The translations under genes and the position numbers were made by a program. The notes under the pieces were generated by a model. The model was not told the origin of the DNA and did no database searches. It saw only the letters and a program-made list of their open reading frames with translations. DNA of 64,000 nucleotides from Dehalococcoidia bacterium (lineage in GTDB: Bacteria; Chloroflexota; Dehalococcoidia; Plut-88900): contig OZ220734.1 in the NCBI GenBank assembly GCA_965116945.1, forward strand, positions 158,980 to 222,979, given 5' to 3'. This document shows positions 18,550 through 27,300 of the stretch, piece by piece. The stretch's first letter is position 1. Every line of letters starts with the position of its first letter.

Positions 18550-20994
18550 CTACGATTCCTCAGTTTCCACCGTCTCGCCCTTGGGCATCCGGTAGCCGAC
18601 GCCGCGCTCGGCGAATATGTAGGTGGGGGTTTCGGCGTCATCGCCCAGCTTCTGGCGCATGTGTTTCACGTGGGAGCGCAGCACCCGCATGTTCCCCGGC
18701 TTGCCCGGACTCCACGCCCTCCTCAGCAGCCGGTCGTGGGGCACCACCTGCCCGGCCTCCATGGAGAGCGCCGCCAGCAGGTCGAACTCGGTGGGCGTCA
18801 CCTGCACTGGTCGCCCCGATACCATCACCCTGCGTGCGCCGTAGTCGATGCGCAGATCGCCCAGCACGAAGGGCTCCTCCGGGGCCGGGAGGCCGGGTTC
18901 CCCGAACCGGCGCAGGGCCGCCCTCACCCTGGCCACCAGCTCCGTCGGCGAGAAGGGCTTGACGATGTAGTCCGTCGCCCCCTTCTCCAGCGCCCTGGCC
19001 ACCACCTCGTCCCTGCCCTGCACCGACAGGAAGATGACCGGGATGCGGGAGATGGCCAGGATGTCCCCCATCAGCTCCTCCCCGTCGCGCTCCGGCAGCA
19101 TCAGGTCCAGCAGCGCCAGGCGGGGGCTGTGCTCGCCCATCAGCGCCAGCGCCTCCTCCGGGTCCGCCGTCACCACCGAGCGGAAGCCCGCCGTCGAGAG
19201 GACGTCCCTCACGGAGCGGAGCACCTGCGGGTCGTCGTCCACCACCAGCACTGTTCCGGCGTGCTGCCCGCCGTCCTGGGAGCGGGCGCGGCCACGGGCC
19301 GGTTCGGGCTCCTGCACGGCCGGCAGGGTGAAGACGAACCGCGCCCCCAGACCAGGCCCGTCGCTCTCGGCGTGGATGCGGCCCCCGTGGGCCTCCACTA
19401 TCCCCTTGCAGATGGCGAGGCCCAGGCCGGTATCGCCCGCCTGCTCCTCGGACTGCACCCTGGAGAACTTGCGGAACAGCTGCGGCAGGTCGTCGGCGGG
19501 TATCCCCCGCCCCTCGTCGGCCACCGACACCTCGACGTGACCGCCCTCCTCCCGCACGGCGGCCACCCGGATGACGGACGACTCCGGGGAGTTCCTGGCC
19601 GCGTTGGACAGCAGGTTGCCGATGACCTGGGCGATGCGCCGCCGGTCGGCCATCACCAGGGGCAGGTCCTTCCCCACGTAGATCTCCAGGGTGTTCCTGC
19701 CCCCTGCGCTGGTGAAAGCGTTGCGGGCACGGTCCACCAGCACGGCCACCTCAGCCGGTTCCGGGTCCACCGGCAGCGCGCCCGTCTCGATGCGGGCCAC
19801 GTCCAGCAGATCGCCGATCTGGGTGCGCATGCTGCCCACCTGGTCGAGGATGATGCGCAGGAACTGGCGCATCTCGGGGTCGAGGTCCGGCGCCGACTCC
19901 ATCATCGCCATCACCGAGCCCCAGATGGAGGTCAGCGGCATCCGCAGCTCGTGGCTCACCATCCCCAGGAACTCCGCCCGCAGCCGCTCCTGCTCCTCCA
20001 CCGCCGTCATGTCCTGCATCGTGACCACCACCGACTCCACCTCCCCGTCATCCGAGCGGATGGGCGTGGCGTTGAGCAGCACGGTCACGCTCCGCCCGTC
20101 GGGGACGCCCATGACGATCTCCTCGGCCCGCACCGTCTTGGCATCGCCCAGGACACGGGCCAGGGGAAACTCCCGCAGCGAGACCTCGCTCCCGTCGGCG
20201 CGGCGCACGGTCAGCAGCCCCAGCAGGTCCTGCGGCGTCTGGCCGGAGTCCCGCAGCCCTTCGACGATCCTGCGGGCCTCCGGGTTGAAGGACGCCCCTG
20301 TCCCCGTCCTAATGTCGAAGACGACCACGCCCACCGGCGTGGTGTCGATGAGCGTTTGAAGGCCCGCCCTCGCCCGCTGCTCCTCCCGGTGCCGCCGGGC
20401 GTTGGCGATGACCAGCGCCGCCTGGGAGGCGAACATCACCAGCGTCTCCTCGTCCTCCCGCGTGAACTCCCGGCCCGGCTCGCCGTGCCCCACGTACAGG
20501 TGGCCGGCACGCAGGCCCTGGTGGAGCAGGGGCGCCGCCATGAACGCCGTGAGCTTCACCGGCGAGCGGAACTCCCCGAAGCCGATGGACGCGGTGAACT
20601 CCTCCAGGTGGCCTATTCTCAGCGGCCCCGGCACGGCGTTCAGGTACCCGAACAGCTTCTCCCCCTCGGGGGCCTGCCACAACCGCTCCACGTCGGCGGG
20701 GTCGAAGCCCAGCACCAGGTGGTCGTCCACCGCGCCCGAATCGTCCAGGGTGATGATGGCGGCGTAGGGCGCGTGCGTCAGGGAGCGGGCGGACTCCATC
20801 ACGGCCTGGAGCGCCGCGTCCACGTCCAGGCTCTCGTTGATGCGCAGGCTGGCCGCGCTCAGGAGTGAGAGGCGGCCCGACGAGGGCTCCGTACTCCGTG
20901 GTTGCCGGTCGGCGTTCTCCAACTTTCGCCTCCTTGAAGCGGGCCTGTTTGGGGCAATTCTAGCAAAATACCCCGAAATACACCATAAGTACAT
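18550..20994 (-). CDS. Hybrid sensor: GAF-PAS-histidine kinase-receiver-OmpR/PhoB winged-helix in one polypeptide
   Basis: H-box SHELRMPLTSI, N-box NLLSNAARNSP, G1 DEGRGIP, G2 GLGLAICKGIVEAHGG. REC VLVVDDDPQV ... LLDLMLPERDG. Trans_reg_C TPTEFDLL ... RGVGYRM. The N-terminal start is uncertain. Confidence 0.85.
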   Translation of the reverse strand: MYLWCISGYFARIAPNRPASRRRKLENADRQPRSTEPSSGRLSLLSAASLRINESLDVDAALQAVMESARSLTHAPYAAIITLDDSGAVDDHLVLGFDPADVERLWQAPEGEKLFGYLNAVPGPLRIGHLEEFTASIGFGEFRSPVKLTAFMAAPLLHQGLRAGHLYVGHGEPGREFTREDEETLVMFASQAALVIANARRHREEQRARAGLQTLIDTTPVGVVVFDIRTGTGASFNPEARRIVEGLRDSGQTPQDLLGLLTVRRADGSEVSLREFPLARVLGDAKTVRAEEIVMGVPDGRSVTVLLNATPIRSDDGEVESVVVTMQDMTAVEEQERLRAEFLGMVSHELRMPLTSIWGSVMAMMESAPDLDPEMRQFLRIILDQVGSMRTQIGDLLDVARIETGALPVDPEPAEVAVLVDRARNAFTSAGGRNTLEIYVGKDLPLVMADRRRIAQVIGNLLSNAARNSPESSVIRVAAVREEGGHVEVSVADEGRGIPADDLPQLFRKFSRVQSEEQAGDTGLGLAICKGIVEAHGGRIHAESDGPGLGARFVFTLPAVQEPEPARGRARSQDGGQHAGTVLVVDDDPQVLRSVRDVLSTAGFRSVVTADPEEALALMGEHSPRLALLDLMLPERDGEELMGDILAISRIPVIFLSVQGRDEVVARALEKGATDYIVKPFSPTELVARVRAALRRFGEPGLPAPEEPFVLGDLRIDYGARRVMVSGRPVQVTPTEFDLLAALSMEAGQVVPHDRLLRRAWSPGKPGNMRVLRSHVKHMRQKLGDDAETPTYIFAERGVGYRMPKGETVETEES

Positions 20995-21337
20995 CGAGAT
21001 TGGGCATCGAATACACCCCTAATACATGCACGAATCCCTACACTGGTTTGCTGGGTGTATGTGGAACTTTTCCGACCAGCCACCGCGCCCGCGGTCTCGA
21101 AGACTATTGAATGGGTTACCTATTGGGCAATGACCGATGGACGAATGGATGGAAGGTAGCCCGGCGGCCCTGCCGCAGCCATACCACGTGAACTGGGGGG
21201 ACTGATTACATGAGCCTTTCCGACGGCTTCTCCGCAACCCTGTCCGCGCCGCGCCGCCTGTTCAGGGCGGCCATGCCCGTTACCCCCCCCCGAACAGACG
21301 TGCTAGCCGTCTCCCCCACGCGGCGGGGAGGCCCGGC

Positions 21338-24300
21338 ATGAGGCTGCCCGCCCTCCCCCGACGCTTCCCCCTCCTCCTCCTGGCCGCCGCCCTGGCCCTG
21401 CTGCTGGCGCTGCCCGCCGTCCACGACGCGCCCACCGCCTCCGCCAGCCATACCGACACCGTCTGGTCCGCCACGCTGACCCTGCAGGACCTTTCTCAGG
21501 TCCCCTTGTCCGGACTCGGCTGCGCAACCGTGACTAGCGGCGCCGCCGCCTATGCCTGCTCGAACGAGAGCGTGCTCACGGACGATGACTTCACGTTCCT
21601 CGGAGAGGACTGGGTCTTCACTCAAATCGCATACCAGACAGATGCCGTGTTACTGGAGTTCACCGAGAATGCGACGGCTGACCTGGGTCGCCTGACCCTG
21701 CACGTCGGCAGCCAGCAGATTCCCCTTGCCGAGCACCTCATCCTGGGAACCTTCATCATCGATGGCACCTTCCCGGCCCTGAACGCGGGCGACACGCTGG
21801 ACCTCAAGCTGACCTTCGAGCCGGACCACGCCGGGGACCTGGACCCCGACTTCGGCATCGGCGGTAAGGTGACCACCGCCTTCGACACCGTGAAGGGCGA
21901 GATATTCGACGTGGCCGAGCAGTCCGACGGCAAGATCGTCGCCGTCGGATACGTGGACGACGAACTCAACACCTTGGTCGCGAACGACTTCGCCGTGGCC
22001 CGCTTCAACCCCGACGGCTCCCTGGACAACACCTTCGGCAACGGCGGCTGGGTGACCACCGACTTTCCCCATGGGGGCAGCAAAGCAAAGAACGAGGCCC
22101 GGGCGGTGGCGGTCCAGTCCGACGGCAAGATCGTCGTCGCCGGGTTCACCTCTGGAAGCGGCGGCAACCAGGACTTCGCCCTGGTCCGCTACACCAGCAC
22201 CGGCACCCTGGACGGCAACTTCGGCAGCTTCGGCAAGGTGACCACCTCCATCGGCAGCAGCCACGACGTCGCCACCGCGCTCGCCCTCCAGTCCGACGGC
22301 AAGATCGTCGCGGCCGGCTACGCGACCTGGGCCGACAGGAACTTCGCCGCCGTCCGCTACAACGCCGACGGCACGCTGGACACCACCTTCGACACCGATG
22401 GCAAGAAGTCCATAGACGTGGCGGGCGCGGGCCACGACGACGCGGCCAACGCCGTGGCCATAGACGGGTCCAACAGGATCGTCCTGGCCGGCTACGCCAA
22501 CAACGGGACCAACGACGACTTCGCCGTGCTGCGCCTCACCACCGCCGGGGCGGCGGACACCTCCTTCAGCAGCAACGGCCAGGAAATCACCCCCATCGGC
22601 AGCGCCAACGACCGCGCCAACGGGCTCGTCCTCCAGTCCGACGGCAAGATCGTCGTGGCCGGCTACAGTCTCGGAGCCACCCACGATGCGGTCGCCGTCG
22701 CCCGCTACACCACCGCCGGCTACCTGGACACCTCGTTCAGCACCGACGGCAAGGTGACCACCTCCATCGGTCCCGCCACCGACCGCGCCAACGCGGTCGC
22801 GCTGGACGGCGACGGCAAGATCGTCGTCGCGGGGTACAGCTTCTCCGGCGGCGAAGACTTCGCCGTCGCCCGCTACACCACCGCCGGAGCCCTGGACACC
22901 GCGTTCAGCTCCAACTCCAACGGCCACGTGACCACCGACTTCGTCAACGCCTCGGACGTGGCCCGCGCCGTGGCCGTGCTGAGCGACGGCACCATCCTCG
23001 CCGCCGGCTACGCCAACAACGGGTCGGTCAACGAGTTCGCCCTGGCCCGCTACACCAGCATCGGGATCCCGCACGACGACTTCGGCATCGGCGGCAAGGT
23101 CACCGCCAGCTTCGGCGGCAACGCCGACTGGGCCTACGCCGTGGCGGTGCAGTCCGACGGCAAGATCGTCGTCGCCGGCGAAGCCAGCAACATTGCCCAC
23201 CTGACTCGCTACAACCCCGACGGCTCCCTGGACGCCGGCTTCGGCACCGGCGGCCGGCAGAGTAGTGGCCTCTCCGGGAGCCACGCCCACGCGGTGGCGG
23301 TGCAGCCCGACGGCAAGATTCTCGTCGCCGGCTACGCCTTCGACGGCTTGTCCAGTTTCACCGACGACTTCCTCCTGGCGCGCTTCACCGCCGCCGGGGC
23401 GCTGGACACCACCTTCGGCACCGGCGGCAAGGTCCTCACCCACTTCGGCTCCGGCGACGACCGCGCCCATGCGATGGCGCTCCTGTCGGACGGGAAGATT
23501 CTCGTTGCCGGGTACGCCAGCAACGGCACGGACGATGACTTCGCCCTGGCCCGCTACACCAGCGCCGGGGCGCTGGACACCACCTTCGGCACCGGCGGCA
23601 AGAGGGTCACCGACTTCCACGGCAACGACGACCAAGCCCACGCCATGGCCGTCCAGTCCGACGGCAAGATCGTGCTGGCCGGGTACGCCAACAGCAGCAC
23701 GGGCGAGGAATTCGCCCTGGCCCGCTACACCGCCGCCGGCGACCTCGACACCGACTTCGGCGCCGCCGGCACGGTCACAAAGAGCTTCTCCGCACAGATA
23801 TATGATCGAGCCCAGGCGGTGGCGGTGGACGGCGACGGCCGCATCGTGGCCGCCGGAATTGTCGGCAATGATTCCAGCGGCCCGTTCCTCCTGGCGCGCT
23901 TCGGCAGCGACGGCGCCCCGGACGGCGACTTCGGCGCCGGCGGCCGGGTCACCACCGACTTCGGCGGCGCCACCCTCAACCGAGCGAGGTCGATGGCGCT
24001 GCTGGCCGACGGCAAGATCCTGGTGGCCGGGGAATCCGGCACCTCGTCCGTCGCCCGGTTCAGCCTGGCCCGCTACCGCGCCAACGGCACGCTGGACACG
24101 GGCTTCGGCGCCGCCGGCAACGGCAAGGTGACCACCCCCTTCGGCCCCCATTTCGACGCGGCCAGCGCCATGGCCCTCCAGACCGACGGCAAGATCGTGC
24201 TGGCCGGGCAGGCCAGGATCGGCGGAAGCCAGCCGAAGTTCCGGGACTTCGCCGTGGCCCGCTACCTGGGGCAGGGGACCTACTCCACCGACGCGACGCT

Positions 24301-27300
24301 GAGCGCGCTGGAGGTCACCCCCAGCACGGACGGCTCCGCCTTCAGCGGCGTCGCCGGGCTCACGCCCGCCTTCGACCCGGAGACCACGGCCTACGATGCC
24401 GCGCTGGCCGAGGGCGTCACCCACGTCAAGATCGTCCCCACCACCGCCCACACCGCCGCCACGGTGGAGGTCGTCGTGCCCAACGTGTCCACGGAGACCG
24501 TGGCCAGCGGCAGCGGCAGCGCCGCCATCGCGGTGGCCGGGGTGAGCGCCGTGGAGGTGCGCGTCACCGCCGAGGACGGCCGGACCACCATGACCTACAC
24601 CCTCACCTTCTCGGGGGACACGGCCGGCGGCCCCGGAGAAGGCCCCGGCGGCGAGGCCACGGCCCCCGTGCGGTTCGGCGACGCCTGGTGGTCCGCCACC
24701 CTCACCATCAGGGACCTTGTCGGTAACGGGAGGCTTATGGGTTGCAGCAATGTATCGAGAGTCGCCGCGGGCGACCGCTGCAACAGCCCCACCACCCTCA
24801 CCAGGAACTCCTTCATCCTCGGCGGCGTCACCCACACCGTCGATGGCCTGTTTGTCGATCTCGGCGGGGCGCAGCCCGCGCTGACTCTGGTCTTCGACGC
24901 GGAGACGGTCCCGGCGAACCTGCGTCACGGCGCGGTCCTGGTGTTCGGCGTCCATGCCTTCCGGCTTGCCGACGCCGACCTGAGCAGCGGGACTCTCAAA
25001 TGGAGCGACATCGGCATCAGCAGCGTCGAGTACGCCGACGACCTGGTCGTCGAGGTGAGCCTGCGCGCCGCCGAACCGGACGCCGCCAACTGGCGGCCAA
25101 CCCTCGACGTGCGCCAGCTGGAAAAGGGCGGCCAGAGCTGGGGCTGCCGCAACGGCGTCCCGGCCGGGGACGTCTACGGCGGGGAGTGCAGCGACCCCGC
25201 CATCCTGGGCGGGAACACCGTCTCCTACACCCGGATCATCAACGGCGAGGCGTGGACCGAAACGTACCAGGTGCATGAGCTCTACACCCGCCCCAGCGGC
25301 CACTACGGCGGGCGGACCGCGTACGAGATGGTGCTGACGATGGGGACGTATCCCACGCCGCCCAGCAGCTTCGTGCTCGTCGTCGACGGCCGGCGCTTCT
25401 GGCTGAAAACCGCCCAGCGCGAGAAGAACCCCGACGGAAGCGAGGGACTCACCTACCGCTGGCCCCTGGACCCGCGCGACACCGGCCTGAGCTACAAATC
25501 CGGCCCCACGCAGGTGCGGTTCGCCTACCCCAGGACCAGCCTGGACTCCATCCGCGTCCACTACGACGGCTCCTACGAAACAACCGGCGAGTTCTTGTCC
25601 GCCACGCTGACGGCGGCCAACCATGGGTTCGGCCAGGGTCTTGGCGGTTGCAGCAACTCTATAGCTAGCGCTGCGTGTAGTTCAACGAGTGTGCTCACGG
25701 ATGACGAATTTACGTACCAAGATGTGGACTACGCGATCACATCCTTGGACGTAAACAGCGGTATCTTGACGATCGTACTCAACAAGGCGATCCCGGCGGC
25801 CCTCAAGTCGGCCCTGACGCTGCACGTCGGCAGCCGAGAATTCCCTCTTGCAGACGCCACTCTTGGCTCTAACGACACCACGCTCTCCTGGTCCAACACA
25901 GGGCTGAGTCAGTGGGCCGTCGGCGACACGGTGCAGCTGAGATTGACGGGGACGGAGCGGGTGCTGGGGGCGGACGACTTCAGAAGCTGGGCGAAACCCG
26001 GCGTATCGGCCGTCTACCATCCCGCCCTCATCGCCGTCGTCCCCGGGCACTTCCCCAGCCGGGACCCGGCCAAGGGCATCGTGACCACCACCCACGTCAA
26101 GTTCCGCGCCTGGGCGGCCAGCCCCGGCAGCACCATGGAGATCGGCAAGGGGACCCACGACACGGGCCCCGCCACGTACACCGCGCTGGCCGACGGCGAG
26201 CTCAGCGAAGCCATCGAGCTCGACACCGCCACCAGCTACACCCACATCTACATCCGCGTCACCAACGGCGACCAGGTCGCCGTCCATCACGTGATCGTCG
26301 ACCCGCCGCCCCGCACCTACAAGCTGGCGCCGGAGGTCCGGGTCGCGGAGGGCGATGACGCCGCAATCACCCTGACCCTGGGCAGCGCCGCCCCCGCCCC
26401 GGGCGTCACCTTCGACGTGACCGTCGACTACGTCGACGGCGGCGCGACGCCCGAGGACGTGGGGGCCGTCCCCACCACGGTGACCGTGCCCGGGGGCGAG
26501 ACGAGCGTGCAGATCGTCATCCCCACCGTGGACGACGACGAGGTGGAGGACCTGCTGGAGCACGAGGAGCGCTTCACGGTGAGCGTGTCCCACTCCGGCT
26601 ACCCCTCCTGGGCGGAGGACCCCAACGCCACGGCCACCGCCGTGGTGACCATCGTGGACAACGACGAGCCGCCGGACGGGCCGGAGCCGTGGAACATCAA
26701 GGTCGTGCCGGGAGACGGCACGCTGACGGTGACATGGCGCGTCGGCAACCGCCCCGGCGTCGACGACGACGACATCCGCCACGCCCTGCGCTGGAGCCAG
26801 CAGTCCGGCGTTTGGAACAACCCGCGCGACCCCAGGGGCATTGGCCCCAACGACGGCGTCGCCGCGCCGGTCGGCGCCACCAGCTACGTCATCACGGACC
26901 TCGAGAACGGCGTGCCCACCGGCGTGTTCGTCCGCTCCTTCAGGGGGCATCCCACCAACCCCGACGCCTACAACATCAGCGAAGGGGACCGCACCTCCAG
27001 CGAGTGGGTGCGCACCAAGGGCGAGCACACCACGCCGCGGGCCCCGGAGCGGCCGACGGGGCCGGTCCCTCCCACCGTTTCCGCCCCCATCGCCGACGCC
27101 GCCATCGTCAACGAGAGCGGGACGCACACGGTGCCCCTCTCCGGCGTGTTCGACGACGCCAACGGCGACGCCCTGACCCTGACCGCCGCATCCTCCGACA
27201 CGGCGACGGCAACGGCCTCCGTGTCGGCCGACCAGTCCACGCTGACGGTCACGGCGAAGGCCCGCGGCACGGCGACCGTCACGGTCACCGCCGACGACGG

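Noticed and set aside
18661-20868. 735-aa plus-strand ORF (and 18216..18962, 19034..19540, 19691..20359) overlapping the hybrid histidine kinase gene
   Set aside because: The translations are His/Arg/Pro/Gly-rich nonsense, while the opposite strand encodes complete H, N, G1, G2, REC and wHTH motifs.
21839-24270. Regular ~170-nt periodic repeats that could be mistaken for a CRISPR or other non-coding array
   Set aside because: The periodicity is in frame and corresponds to a conserved protein repeat. There are no short identical direct repeats with unique spacers and no cas genes.
21650-25624. 1324-aa ORF on the minus strand, along with 25682..28162 (-), 28087..28953 (-), 23265..24131 (+) and many others overlapping the giant gene
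   Set aside because: These are Arg/Gly/Ala/Pro-rich, low-complexity translations antisense or out of frame to a gene with clear repeat and domain structure. Stop-codon-poor shadow ORFs of this kind are expected in ~67% GC DNA.
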